A stretch of 64,000 bases of DNA from an uncultured archaeon (GTDB lineage: Archaea > Asgardarchaeota > Lokiarchaeia > Sigyniarchaeales > SOKP01): contig CAZDTP010000016.1 in the NCBI GenBank assembly GCA_964508365.1, forward strand, positions 65-64,064, given 5' to 3'. Below, in pieces: positions 1 to 11,159 of the stretch. A program made the translations under genes and the position numbers. Position 1 is the first letter of the stretch, and every line of letters starts with the position of its first letter. The notes beneath the pieces are model-generated. The model was not told the DNA's origin, did no database searches, and saw only the letters and a list, made by a program, of their open reading frames with translations.

Positions 1-2
1 TA

Positions 3-113
3 TTATCAGGAAATCATTCAGCTGAAGAACTACAGCACGGAAGTACAGCAAAAATAATAATCATGAACAGTGTTAAAGATTTGTTTCCAAATCTGATTTA
101 TTCTTTATTCTAA
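3..113 (+). CDS. 3' end of a probable HAD-superfamily hydrolase (partial, runs off the window)
   Basis: Frame 3 reads LSGNHSAEELQHGSTAKIIMNSVKDLFPNLIYSLF*, which resembles HAD phosphatase C-termini; not in the ORF track. Confidence 0.45.
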   Translation, partial: LSGNHSAEELQHGSTAKIIIMNSVKDLFPNLIYSLF

Positions 114-158
114 AAAATATTCAGGTTAAGATATAAAAAAAGTAAAAAAGAAAATCAG

Positions 159-1613
159 CTACTCCTTTAAATCTTCGTAAATTTTCATAAATTCTTCAGG
201 TTTCCATAGCTCCGTCATATATTTACCAATTCCGGAGCTATCTCGCGGTCCAACTACAACGTAAGCATCTGCTTCGTCTTCTAAAGCCCCACTCAAGCGT
301 GCGGCCATACCTGGTATGATTAATATACGATGATCTACTTTATCGAAGGCGCCAAATTCTTTTACTGCTTCAGCAATTGATCCTGCATTAAATTGTCCTC
401 CCGCTACAGCCGATTCAATCCCGATTCCCTCGGAATCCACAACAAGCAACCAAGCGTCTGTGTTCGAACCTTTAATATCTATTTCTACAGGAATTTTAGT
501 TAACCGGTAATTTGAAGTCACAAAAATAGGAGCCATTTTACCAGGTTCTCCTATTGGGAAACAACCAGGATCTGTTGTTGGATAAATACGCGGATCGCTG
601 AATATGCTCTGTCTTAAGGTCATAATTGCTAGTAAGGCCCAAATATCTTCTTCCTTCTTACCACTGTGGAGAACAAGAAGACTTGTGTCAATTGACTCCA
701 TAATCGCCGCCATAATGAGTTCTTGGTATTGATGCTCCCAAAGCTTTTTATCGTCATCAGTATTCACTTGACTCCAATATGCAGCGGGCACCCCCATAAC
801 AGGAAAGCCTGCATTCACATCTTCCTTATTAATTGCAGAAAGTCTCAATCTCATTATGTTATCATAAGTTAAGGTTAGATTTCCGGGACCAAAAACAGTC
901 ATAGCGTCTAAAATCAGATTCTTTACACCAAGCTTTTGTAAAGAAGCACTTAAAGACATAAGTTCGTCTAAGTCACTTGAGACCGCTACAACGGGTAAAT
1001 TATTTTCAACGGCAAATTTACCAATTTGTTCCCAGGATTCCTTTGTTGCAGCATAAAGTAGAGGCTTTAATTCTTTAATTTCAGCAGCGGCAGCGAGTAA
1101 AATATCTGGATTCAGACAGGCTAACATAATAGGGAGAACTGATAATTCCGTAAGTTTTTTCGCAGCCAACTTAAATTGATTTTCGTCACCAGATACACAT
1201 CTTAACGCAATTCCATTCACTCTTAACACATCTCCCATCCTTTCAATAACAAGATTTGTTAAATACTTAGCAACTTCTTCTAAATCCGGATCGTCATCTG
1301 CTATTTCCATGAAAATCGCAGTTTCGTTGTAATATGTTAATTGATGGCGATTAAGAACCTCTTCTCCACCAATTATACATTTACGGTCACCTACTCCAAT
1401 TTCAACAGACTTTTGTGGAGGAGTAGTTAGTTCTATTAATTTAACTCGTTTTTTCGTCTGTTTTGGATCCTGTATTAAGTGCGTACAATCTTGAACTGTA
1501 ACCTTCCTTTCGAGCAAATCTGTAGCAAATGCCATGCAAGTATCTCTTCCACAGTCTTGACAATTACTTTTATCTAAAAGAGCATAAATTTCTAACGGGC
1601 TGGGTCTGGCCAT
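159..1613 (-). CDS. cdhE: Acetyl-CoA decarbonylase/synthase gamma subunit (corrinoid Fe-S protein large subunit)
   Basis: N-terminal Fe-S motif NCxxCGxxTCMAFA, IGGEEVLxRH, IFSDPR and TSNYxLT...AVAGG motifs typical of CdhE/AcsC. Confidence 0.93.
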   Translation of the reverse strand: MARPSPLEIYALLDKSNCQDCGRDTCMAFATDLLERKVTVQDCTHLIQDPKQTKKRVKLIELTTPPQKSVEIGVGDRKCIIGGEEVLNRHQLTYYNETAIFMEIADDDPDLEEVAKYLTNLVIERMGDVLRVNGIALRCVSGDENQFKLAAKKLTELSVLPIMLACLNPDILLAAAAEIKELKPLLYAATKESWEQIGKFAVENNLPVVAVSSDLDELMSLSASLQKLGVKNLILDAMTVFGPGNLTLTYDNIMRLRLSAINKEDVNAGFPVMGVPAAYWSQVNTDDDKKLWEHQYQELIMAAIMESIDTSLLVLHSGKKEEDIWALLAIMTLRQSIFSDPRIYPTTDPGCFPIGEPGKMAPIFVTSNYRLTKIPVEIDIKGSNTDAWLLVVDSEGIGIESAVAGGQFNAGSIAEAVKEFGAFDKVDHRILIIPGMAARLSGALEDEADAYVVVGPRDSSGIGKYMTELWKPEEFMKIYEDLKE

Positions 1614-1917
1614 TTTAATTTCTCCTAAATTCTAATTAGTCCTTTTTTAAATAATTATTTATTATTTTTTTATAGTAAGTGTAGTCTAAATTTACATTAA
1701 AAATTTGTTTTTTTTTCAAAATTTGATGTGTTAAGAATGAAAGTCAAATAGAGTGTACTATTTTTTTCATAAAATCTAAAATCTAGAGAGGTATAGTCTT
1801 AAAATTTATTTGACAAATCGGAGTAAACACATTGATATACCTTAAAACACACTAAAATTTCAGACTTCCGATATAAAAACTCCAACCTTTTGATTGTTTT
1901 TAAAAAGGCCAATAGAA

Positions 1918-3312
1918 TTAGTTATTTAATTTTACTCTCATCAGCATTAGAGGAATTAATGATAAAATTGCCAAAAAACTTGCCGTAATAATCAGAATCT
2001 CAATTTGAATAAAAGCAGAAAAATAAGTCCCAAGCGGGATGAAAATCACACAACTAAATGCATACGCTATTTTCAAGCACTGATATGTAAAAGTTTTATA
2101 CTTCCCATTATTAGAAATCGTCATCATCAAAGATGCGTAATTTAACATCATAACACCGGTAAGCATGTAAATAATTCCTTGAATAATCATCAAAAACAAA
2201 AAATCTGAAATCGCCATCAGAAAAGTTAAAACAGCATATAATCCAACTGTAATAGCGATGATCCTTTTTCGATTAGATAACTTAAGAGCATAGAATACTT
2301 CGTCTTGATTGTCACTTGTAAGATCCAGCTTATTGTGGGTTTCAACCTTGATATTGCAAATTCGTTTATTCTCTTTTTTTGAAATTCGTTGCCCTATTAT
2401 ACAACCCCCAACATTAAGTAAAATCAACACAATATATAATAACGAGTATATACTAAATCCTTCTGCTCCAAATCGATTTAAGATCCAAGATGAAAAAGGA
2501 AATTGATATAGTAAGTCACTCCAAATCAATAAATACGATAGAAATAACAGAACAACATTCAAAGAATTATTTCTCCCGAAACTTATAACATTTCTCTTTT
2601 TCTCTTGTTTATTAGCTGTACCTCTCATAAGTATTGTTGATAAAACAATTGGAAGGGATGCTAAGAAACCAATAAAGAAAAATAGATTCCATTGATTTAT
2701 ATTAAAGATATCATTTAGAATAAAAAGGAACACGACTGAAGGAATAAATGAGCCGACATTCGACGATATATTTATTGTAACTAAATTGTTATCCTTAACA
2801 ACTTCATTTTTGGAAAGATCTATTATCAATTTTGAAACTCCGACCTTTACGATTTCTTGGCTTAACAAATTTATCGCTAATAAAAGACCAACTACACCTA
2901 AATTCCTTCCACCAAATACAGAAAGTAAGAAGCTAACCAAAAAAAGTATACTTGACGAAATCATTATTAATTTTTTATTTTTGGAATATCTATCAAATAA
3001 ATACCCTAAAATTGGTCCCGAGAACATAACAAGATATATGAACACTTGAATGAATGCTAATTGACTTCTATCAACATTTAAAATATTTAATAAATAGACA
3101 GGTAGGTACACAACTAAATAAATTCTTATTACGCTAATAGCAAAATTCAGAAAGAAGAATCCAATATAGGTGGATTGTTTAACGCTCCTTTTTTCGCTCT
3201 TCTTAATGAGTCTGAGGTTCCACTTATACTTAAACTCTGAGCTTTCTATTGATCTATTCTCTGCGACTGTATTTTTGTGTTTTAACATTTTAAGTTTACC
3301 AACTCGAGACAA
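1918..3312 (-). CDS. MFS transporter
   Basis: About 12 hydrophobic segments and MFS motif A (GYLFDRYSK); exact start uncertain. Confidence 0.85.
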   Translation of the reverse strand: MSRVGKLKMLKHKNTVAENRSIESSEFKYKWNLRLIKKSEKRSVKQSTYIGFFFLNFAISVIRIYLVVYLPVYLLNILNVDRSQLAFIQVFIYLVMFSGPILGYLFDRYSKNKKLIMISSSILFLVSFLLSVFGGRNLGVVGLLLAINLLSQEIVKVGVSKLIIDLSKNEVVKDNNLVTINISSNVGSFIPSVVFLFILNDIFNINQWNLFFFIGFLASLPIVLSTILMRGTANKQEKKRNVISFGRNNSLNVVLLFLSYLLIWSDLLYQFPFSSWILNRFGAEGFSIYSLLYIVLILLNVGGCIIGQRISKKENKRICNIKVETHNKLDLTSDNQDEVFYALKLSNRKRIIAITVGLYAVLTFLMAISDFLFLMIIQGIIYMLTGVMMLNYASLMMTISNNGKYKTFTYQCLKIAYAFSCVIFIPLGTYFSAFIQIEILIITASFLAILSLIPLMLMRVKLNN

Positions 3313-3461
3313 ACAATAATTTGTTTTTCTATTTATTTGTTTTCAAACTTATAAACTACACAATTAACATAAATCTGAGGAATTTTGAGATTCTAACAAA
3401 CATTTACATTAGAAGAGTAATAATAATTCATTCTATTGGAAATCTATTGCGCTACATTTTC

Positions 3462-3585
3462 AAAAAAAAGAGAGAAAATATGGTTTTCCCACTTAAGGTT
3501 AAATTCTAACCCTTTAGGTGAGAGAAACATTTAGGGAGTAGCATCAGCACATCCTGGCATTTTAGCCTTGCCTCAAATTATTTTG
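3462..3585 (-). ncRNA. Candidate small structured RNA or attenuator leader upstream of the MFS gene
   Basis: TTTATATA box at 3615-3608, a GC-richer segment, a long imperfect hairpin at 3483-3528, then a T8 tract (3469-3462). Confidence 0.3.
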
Positions 3586-3844
3586 ATGAAATTTAAATTG
3601 CTTATTGTATATAAACTCGCTATTTTCAACCAACGAGTTCTAATAGCATTATACTGTCTCACAATATTTATTCATAAATGAATATAAAAACATAGAGAAA
3701 AAGTAAAAGATAAGTGTGGATTTTTTATACTTACAAAACCGATTAACCATTAAATCAAAAAATTCTTGGCATAAAAAAGTATTTAAGTTCTTACACTAAA
3801 TAAATTCATAATTCTAATGCGCAATTTTCCATAAAATTGAATAT

Positions 3845-6800
3845 ATGGCAAAATTAAATATTGATTTTTTAATAAAAACCCCAATCAAAAATATCCTCGA
3901 AAGGATTGATTACATCTTTCATGAACTTCTTCAAGAAATTGAATACTATCTCAATATTGAAGTAATTTACACTAATATAAATATTATTATTCAAACTGAA
4001 GAATCAAGCATTTCAGATGCGTCAGATAACATTTTTTCAATTGGAGTTGATAGATCTTATAATAACGATATTCTCAGTATTAAAATATATTCAGATTTTT
4101 TTCAATACATCCAATTTATTATGCTACGGGAAGCATATAGATGTTTTATTCCTCCTTTCGCTAATCAAATGAAAATCATTGAAGTTTTTATAAATCAAAA
4201 AGTATTAATTGATCTTGATAAAGTAAAATCTAGCAATGAATGGAACCTGCTCATACAGGATAAGCTGGTTAATTATGAGTTCCTTTCAGGTGAACTAGAT
4301 CGTTTAGAGAATTTTTTGAAACGCGAAAGCACTGAGAACATTGATTCTCCGTTTATCTTCTTCTTTAAATATATAAGAAAAAATATCCAAATTATTGGAG
4401 ATAAAGAACCAAATTTTTACGACACATTTTTCAAGAAATTTTTATTAGTTTCCTCAAAGTCTTTATTCGATAATGAGATAGTAGAAACAATAAGAGTTCT
4501 TGATAAAATCTTCGATGAAGTTCAATATTATACTGCATTATTGAACTATCAACATTATTTTAAAGAATTCAAAGAACAGGGATTCATTCAAACTCATCTA
4601 AGTCTGAATAAATTTACAGAAAATATGCAAAGGATTAAACAATTTAGTAATTTATCACCTAGCTATAAAGTAAATTGGCCCGCGTTGAATATCTACTCTA
4701 TAAATTGTTCTATAAAGTTCGCTCCTATATTAAACAAATCAAAAGTAAATAAAGTTATAGAGGAATTACCTTTTTTTCTTCTTTCTAAAGAATGCAGAAA
4801 TAGTTTCGGTTTCGAAATCGATGGCTATTTTGTTATTCCAAAAATTTATTTTGATGATTTAAAAAGGTTCCTTCATAAACTCGAGGATAATGGATATATC
4901 CTTCAAATTAAATTGACTAATCTTGAAAAAACCGAATCTTTTGTTAACCTAAATTATTTTCGAGAACATCATAACAAAAAAACCGTAGTTAATAAAGATA
5001 ATACATTTTATGAAAAAAAATATGAATTAGATAATTCTCTGAATTATGGGCAAGAAGTTTATAAATCAAAGTTAACTCTCCTAGATTGGTTATTGATTGA
5101 CAGATTCCGCTATTTTTCCCCAACAGGCTTTAATTTCGAAAGAGGAGCAGGAACTCTTAAATTATTGAAGTCAGACCTTATTAACGAGGTGATTAGTCAA
5201 AGAAAATTTATTACTGACTTAAAAACAAATTTGTTAATCATTCATTCCTCGTTAAAACTCAGGAACGATTTTTTTGAGTTTTTAAAAGCAAATGAATCTT
5301 TTGGATTCTTTTACATCAAAAATAAGCTTCATGATTATATCTTTATTTTTAATCTAATTAAAGAAATTTTAACTAAACATCCTTCTATCAACAATATCTT
5401 CAAATTTCGCGAACATTTTAAAAGACAAGGAGTATCAAATTCAATCGAAAATAATACCACCTTTAAAAATTCTACTATTAAAAAGGCTATTTTTAACCAG
5501 TTCCTACCATTATATTTTAAATCAAAGGAGAATTTTGAGGAAGAAATTAACAAATATACGAGTTTTTTTAAAGTAATTAGTTCATGTAACGATTTGAAGA
5601 TCTTCAACCTTCAATCAATTCGCATGATTGCAAACAACAGATCTTTGATAGACACAATATATAAATCTAAGGAAGAAAAATTAATGAATTCATATGAAAG
5701 CTATGAATTATCCAATTTAACATATCAATTAATTGAGGAAAAGCTAAATTATTACTTAAATAGCAAACCACCTGTAATTAAACCAAATTTACTCTCAACT
5801 ATAACTTTTCCAAACGTTCAAGTTTTTATTGTTGTATTGAAAAATAACGAGGAAACTCTAAAAAATCTTAAAAAAATAACTTCTATATCAAAGAGAGGTT
5901 CGATTGGATCTGGAGAAATACTAGATGTAGTATTATTCATTCCATACTTAATTAACAGTGAGAAGGGGACATTTATTTCATTTTTGATTAATCTATTTGA
6001 AGAAAATCTGATTAGTGTTAAAAGATACTTGTGGAGCTATCTTCAACAGGCGTTTTCACGTAAAGTTTTTTATGATTTAGATCGAAAAGAGTTTTTCTAT
6101 ACAAAAGATCTTTTTAAGCAATTTTTCCTTAATGTAAGAAATATTCTTGGTGAAGTGCAAAAACCGCTTCCAGAAACCCAAAATATACAGCAGAAACGAT
6201 TCTGGTCTGAAGAGAAAGATGTTTCTTACTTGATTAAAGAGGTAGAAGATCGTGTAAGAAACGAAACTATAGATTTAAGCTCAGAAAATTTACGAAACTT
6301 ATACGAATTTCATAATCTTTTAAGTAAAAAAATACTTAACATTGAAGAATTTAAAAAATCTCAAGAAGAGTTTTTCTTTAAAAATTATATCAAATCAATC
6401 AATTTATTACCATCTGTTCAAAATTTTGGAATGAGTCAGTATTTTTTGTATTTCTACCCCACAGACATCAATCAAATTGATTTTAAGTTAATATTTAACA
6501 ACGCATTCCAATCAATTAGTTACCCCGCACAGATCGATAATTCAAATTCATTTTTAATCCAATATATTTATCCGTATCGCAATCCAGGCATATCTCCATA
6601 CATTAATTGGCTAACCAAATCGAAAAAAATCATCAGAGAATATTGCTTATTTTTCGTTAAGAAATTCTATCAAATTTTGCATTTCGATTACAATCTGGGC
6701 TCTGAAGGTTGGGATCTTGACCCAAACCGCTTTAAGATATATTTCCAGAATATTTTGTTTAATCCTGATTATAAAGTCCAAATTCCTGATTTAAAGGAGT

Positions 6801-7462
6801 TCAACATTGGTGATGTAAACACTTCAAATTATCTTGGACCCAATTCCTCTGAATTTAAAGCACTATCTCAAATATATAACTGGAAATCGTTGGATATAAA
6901 ATCTTACTTAACGAGACGTTATTTTAAAATAAATACAAGTATAATAGAGTTGTTAAATAAAGGATTAATTAAACCATTTCTTTCTTTAAAGAATTTAGAT
7001 TTAGTGGAAGAAATTACTATCATTTTACCAGATGTTAAAAAAAAACATAACGAGTCAATTCTTAAGATTTTTAGCTTTTTCAACATTGGATTCATCTATG
7101 AAATGGAAGGAGAATATTATATTCATGGATTTGAGGATATAACGAAATTTGAGAATGGTATAATGATTAAACTATATTTCCCCGATTGTCAAATAGATGA
7201 ATTCGAGAAACTTTTCGATTTGCTTTTTGAATACATGGAAATTGACCACTACTTAATCTTAAACGATTTAATTGACGGAGAGAATTTAATTAAATCTACA
7301 TTCAATGGATTGAAATTTTTAGAGACATATAACCCTTTAACCAATCTAATTTGGAACGATGAAGACAAGAGATGGCGAAACCATAAACTCTTTAACGAGA
7401 ATTTTGATCCCGTTTATCCTGATTTGTTATTTGGAAAAAAGAATTACGATTTGGATTCATAA
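3845..7462 (+). CDS. Large (1205 aa) protein with several Lrp/AsnC-like (wHTH + RAM/ACT-like) repeats
   Basis: Long ORF with recurring AsnC-like linker and beta-alpha-beta segments (PSYKVNWPALNI..., LLPSVQNFGM..., LLNKGLIKPFLSLKNLDL...); domain call is inferred. Confidence 0.6.
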   Translation: MAKLNIDFLIKTPIKNILERIDYIFHELLQEIEYYLNIEVIYTNINIIIQTEESSISDASDNIFSIGVDRSYNNDILSIKIYSDFFQYIQFIMLREAYRCFIPPFANQMKIIEVFINQKVLIDLDKVKSSNEWNLLIQDKLVNYEFLSGELDRLENFLKRESTENIDSPFIFFFKYIRKNIQIIGDKEPNFYDTFFKKFLLVSSKSLFDNEIVETIRVLDKIFDEVQYYTALLNYQHYFKEFKEQGFIQTHLSLNKFTENMQRIKQFSNLSPSYKVNWPALNIYSINCSIKFAPILNKSKVNKVIEELPFFLLSKECRNSFGFEIDGYFVIPKIYFDDLKRFLHKLEDNGYILQIKLTNLEKTESFVNLNYFREHHNKKTVVNKDNTFYEKKYELDNSLNYGQEVYKSKLTLLDWLLIDRFRYFSPTGFNFERGAGTLKLLKSDLINEVISQRKFITDLKTNLLIIHSSLKLRNDFFEFLKANESFGFFYIKNKLHDYIFIFNLIKEILTKHPSINNIFKFREHFKRQGVSNSIENNTTFKNSTIKKAIFNQFLPLYFKSKENFEEEINKYTSFFKVISSCNDLKIFNLQSIRMIANNRSLIDTIYKSKEEKLMNSYESYELSNLTYQLIEEKLNYYLNSKPPVIKPNLLSTITFPNVQVFIVVLKNNEETLKNLKKITSISKRGSIGSGEILDVVLFIPYLINSEKGTFISFLINLFEENLISVKRYLWSYLQQAFSRKVFYDLDRKEFFYTKDLFKQFFLNVRNILGEVQKPLPETQNIQQKRFWSEEKDVSYLIKEVEDRVRNETIDLSSENLRNLYEFHNLLSKKILNIEEFKKSQEEFFFKNYIKSINLLPSVQNFGMSQYFLYFYPTDINQIDFKLIFNNAFQSISYPAQIDNSNSFLIQYIYPYRNPGISPYINWLTKSKKIIREYCLFFVKKFYQILHFDYNLGSEGWDLDPNRFKIYFQNILFNPDYKVQIPDLKEFNIGDVNTSNYLGPNSSEFKALSQIYNWKSLDIKSYLTRRYFKINTSIIELLNKGLIKPFLSLKNLDLVEEITIILPDVKKKHNESILKIFSFFNIGFIYEMEGEYYIHGFEDITKFENGIMIKLYFPDCQIDEFEKLFDLLFEYMEIDHYLILNDLIDGENLIKSTFNGLKFLETYNPLTNLIWNDEDKRWRNHKLFNENFDPVYPDLLFGKKNYDLDS

Positions 7463-7565
7463 TTTTCCAAGTTAATATTTAGTTTTGTTAGCAAACACTA
7501 AGACAAATGTGTAAAGGGTAATAAAATCTAAAATAATAAATCAGTTAATATTTTTTCTTATATGA

Positions 7566-8993
7566 ATGACAGTCAAAGATCTCGATTTTGAAAAGTTCAA
7601 AACCTTATTTCACCCAATCAATATCGCTTTTATCGGCGCTAGCGAGAAATCTGCTTTTGGGGCTATGCTGTATTTATCCGCGTTTAAAACTTCGAAATGG
7701 AAAGACACATTTTATCCCGTAAATCCAAAATACGATAAAATTCTCGATTGGAAGTGCTATAGATCAGTCTTAGATATACCAATTCACATAGATACTGCGT
7801 ATATTTCTGTTAAAACTAAATACATCCCGCAAGTTTTAAAAGAATGTGTAGAGAAGGATATTCCCTGGGTGGTAATTTTCGCATCTGGTTTTTCTGAAAC
7901 GGGGGATGCCGAGGGCTTAAAATTAGAAAAAGAATTAAAACACATTATATCAAATTCAAATACGAGAGTTATAGGTCCGAATTGTTTGGGACCCTTCAAC
8001 GCGGAGGAAGGTATGGCATTTTCGTTCAGCGCCAAAATGAATACTCCTGGGCAAGTCTCGTTCATGTCTCAGTCTGGAGGGCATATGAGCCAGTTATTAG
8101 ATGTAGGGTATAAAAGGGATATAAGGTTTAGGTACGGAGTATCGTTCGGTAATCAAATAGACCTGAACTGTATTGATTTTCTGAAATACTATCACAAAGA
8201 TTCTGCAACTCAAGTAATCGCAGCCTACTTAGAGTCATTCGGTTCTGCTACGGGTCACGAATTCTTTTTAGAGTTAAAAAGAACTACAAAAAGCAAACCA
8301 GTGATTATATGGAAAGGAGGGTATACTGATGATGGCTCGAGAGCTGCGTTTTCCCACACTGGCGCTATAGCAAGTGATTTAAGATTATGGCATTCAATGG
8401 CAAAGCAGACCGGTGCGACTATAGTTAAGGATAACGAAGAATTTTGGAACGCTATTAAAACATTTGAATTATTATTTCCAAAATATATCCCTCAAGGTAG
8501 AAATATAGGAATAATTACTCCTGGCGGTGGCTCTAGCGTAAACACAACTGATCTATTCAACTTTCACAATTTAAAAATTCCGGAATTAATTTTAGATTCC
8601 CAAAAGAAGATTAGCGAAATACTTCCTTATGAAAATGTAAATGTGAAGAACCCTGTGGATTTAGGCGCACTTGGTTTTGTTGTAGATGTATTTGTAAATT
8701 GTATTGAGATTGTAGTAAACGATCCAAACATTGATATTATTGTAATTCCGTTATGGCCTCATTTTATCTATAATCATGTTTTCAAACAGATGATTAAAAT
8801 CCAGAAATCAACAAAGAAACCATTTATGTTTTGTTTACCAAGCATTGCTGACTCAACGGACCTTGCTAACCGATTTTCAACGGTTAAAAAAACACTCCAC
8901 GATGAAAGAGTTTTGTATTTTTTTTCGTTAAGAGACGCAGCAAAAAGTGTTTCCTTATATTGCGACTATATTGAGTTTTTAAACTCCCGTTAG
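7566..8993 (+). CDS. Acyl-CoA synthetase (NDP-forming) alpha subunit / CoA-binding protein
   Basis: IAFIGAS, YPVNP, GFSETG, RVIGPNCLG, SQSGG, SHTGAIA (phospho-His) and NPVDL motifs. Confidence 0.92.
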   Translation: MTVKDLDFEKFKTLFHPINIAFIGASEKSAFGAMLYLSAFKTSKWKDTFYPVNPKYDKILDWKCYRSVLDIPIHIDTAYISVKTKYIPQVLKECVEKDIPWVVIFASGFSETGDAEGLKLEKELKHIISNSNTRVIGPNCLGPFNAEEGMAFSFSAKMNTPGQVSFMSQSGGHMSQLLDVGYKRDIRFRYGVSFGNQIDLNCIDFLKYYHKDSATQVIAAYLESFGSATGHEFFLELKRTTKSKPVIIWKGGYTDDGSRAAFSHTGAIASDLRLWHSMAKQTGATIVKDNEEFWNAIKTFELLFPKYIPQGRNIGIITPGGGSSVNTTDLFNFHNLKIPELILDSQKKISEILPYENVNVKNPVDLGALGFVVDVFVNCIEIVVNDPNIDIIVIPLWPHFIYNHVFKQMIKIQKSTKKPFMFCLPSIADSTDLANRFSTVKKTLHDERVLYFFSLRDAAKSVSLYCDYIEFLNSR

Positions 8994-9019
8994 CTTAAAA
9001 ATTCAAAATTTTTGATCAC

Positions 9020-9301
9020 TCAGACTTTCTTCATCATTTCTTTTAGATACGCTTTCATAAAATATCTTTCAATACTGCAATAATCCAACTTCTGGGTATT
9101 TGTTAATTCCTCGTTATTTAGTAAGTATGAGTGGACATTTACAATTTTACCGTAACACTTAGTGAGTTTGCCGTCCAAACAGCTTTCATTTAGTTTAAAT
9201 ACATCCTTTTTCTCCAGAACGGGTAAAATAGGAATGCTTATATAATTAATTCTGTCGAGAATTTTAATGGAATAGTTAATATCAGCTTTACCCGAACTCA
9301 T
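9020..9301 (-). CDS. Hypothetical protein
   Basis: 93-aa ORF, ATG preceded by AAGTGA. Confidence 0.5.
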   Translation of the reverse strand: MSSGKADINYSIKILDRINYISIPILPVLEKKDVFKLNESCLDGKLTKCYGKIVNVHSYLLNNEELTNTQKLDYCSIERYFMKAYLKEMMKKV

Positions 9302-9601
9302 GTAATCACTTTAATCTAAAATTTTATATTATTAAACTACATGTTTTTTGAGACTGCTACTTTGTTTCTAATTTTGTCGGTAACTTTCAAAAATGCATAC
9401 TAAATTGTCTAATTTAGAGGCTTACTATACCTATAATCTCAATTTTGAATATACTATTGTTTTTCTAATATTAAACTCATTGCTTGAGTTTATTAATGGA
9501 TTAATACCCGTAAACTATAATTTAAAATAATATTGGAAGTATTAATTAAAATAAATTAGATAGAACAACGAACAATGATAAGAAACTAGAGCCGACAAAA
9601 T

Positions 9602-10630
9602 TTGAAATTTATATCTGGTTTAAAAGAAGTACTTAAAAAACCTTTATATGTGTTTATAATCTTAATTTTTACTCTTATATGGATATTGATTTTAGTCAAT
9701 TCGTATTTTTCTAACGTACTTATAGGATTAACAGTGCTAATATTTGGTGGAAGCTTATTATACTTCGTAGTAATCATCTTTCTAATTTCAGTTATAAAAC
9801 CCATTGACCAACTAAAAAAATCGGTATTTATCATAGCTTATTTGATAGCGATATTCCTACCCTTTATTTTAAATAATACAGTTTTTTTTATAACATCAGG
9901 ATTATTCTTCATTATCCTATTAACGATAAACCAGTTCTTCACAGCATTTTTTGCTTTTCGTTTAAGCATGGATTCATCTACAAAAGTGGATGATTATCTA
10001 TATAAAAAGAAGAAAAGTCGTATTGTAACTCGATTTATAGAATTTGTTATTTTTTTCTTGTTAAATTTGTGGTTTGCAATATTTATTTTGAGATTTTTCA
10101 GCCTTACACCCACTCCAATATTTTTAAATGTGATCCGCATACTTCAAATTTTATTTTGGGTAAATGTGAGTTTAATAGCAATTGTAATCATTCGTTTACT
10201 TATCACTAAAAAGTTTTCGGCTTATATTTCACTCTTTTTCTTGTTAACTCTATTTTACGCGATTTACATACTTATTGATTACTTATATGGTACTTATTTC
10301 AGTTCTGCATCAGTGGATCCAACTTATGTGTTAATCTCCTTTATTTTTGATTGGTTCTTATTTTTATATATATTAGGAGTAGTTTATTCAAGATCTAGTT
10401 ATATCCAGTCAAAATTGAAGGTCCTCAAAGTCGATACAATAGCATTATTTCTTATAATCATGAAAATTTATGTCCAAGTTTCAAAAATCGTTCCTAAAAT
10501 TGTTGATGATAATATGCGAATTCTACAAGCAGGAGGATTGTTTTTAATTTTTGTTTTTTTCAATATCGTCTTTGGAATTCATTCAATTTTGGCTCATAAA
10601 CAGATAAAAGAAAAAAATACAAAAAAATAA
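9602..10630 (+). CDS. Multi-pass membrane protein of unknown function
   Basis: About 10 hydrophobic helices. Confidence 0.75.
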   Translation: MKFISGLKEVLKKPLYVFIILIFTLIWILILVNSYFSNVLIGLTVLIFGGSLLYFVVIIFLISVIKPIDQLKKSVFIIAYLIAIFLPFILNNTVFFITSGLFFIILLTINQFFTAFFAFRLSMDSSTKVDDYLYKKKKSRIVTRFIEFVIFFLLNLWFAIFILRFFSLTPTPIFLNVIRILQILFWVNVSLIAIVIIRLLITKKFSAYISLFFLLTLFYAIYILIDYLYGTYFSSASVDPTYVLISFIFDWFLFLYILGVVYSRSSYIQSKLKVLKVDTIALFLIIMKIYVQVSKIVPKIVDDNMRILQAGGLFLIFVFFNIVFGIHSILAHKQIKEKNTKK

Positions 10631-10631
10631 A

Positions 10632-11159
10632 CTAGTACATTTCGGTTTTAGTAAATAAGAGTGCAAAACATCCGTAAAATACTCCGTTAATCAGGGCACT
10701 TAATGTTATTGTGATTAATAATATAACTGGATCTACAATCATAATACCATAATATAACAAAGTACTCGGATTTATGAATGCCAGTACTCCTAAAGCTGAA
10801 GAACCGATTAAACAAGTTATCATCCATCCACCGAAACTTGCTCCTTTACTTCCACCAGTACGACCCGCTATGAGAGCAGCTAAAAATGGCGTTACGATAA
10901 GACCAATGGTTTGAATCAAAGATGCATCAAACATCCCTAAAGAAATCTGTGCATATAACATATATATGACGGTACCGGGTATAATAGTAATAGGTCCGAA
11001 GAATATTAACAGTATTATTAACGGATCGCTAGTAATTTCGCTAAATAGTGTATTTAAATTCCCGCTAATAGTTTCGGATATTATGATAAATAAGAAGTTT
11101 AAGCCAATATAAGCGAGCAAGCTAAATCCGAGAGCCTTTCCAAGTCCCAATTTAATCAA
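10632..11159 (-). CDS. Membrane protein of unknown function
   Basis: 4-5 TM segments, Gly-rich (AALIAGRTGGSKGASFGGW). Confidence 0.75.
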   Translation of the reverse strand: MIKLGLGKALGFSLLAYIGLNFLFIIISETISGNLNTLFSEITSDPLIILLIFFGPITIIPGTVIYMLYAQISLGMFDASLIQTIGLIVTPFLAALIAGRTGGSKGASFGGWMITCLIGSSALGVLAFINPSTLLYYGIMIVDPVILLITITLSALINGVFYGCFALLFTKTEMY

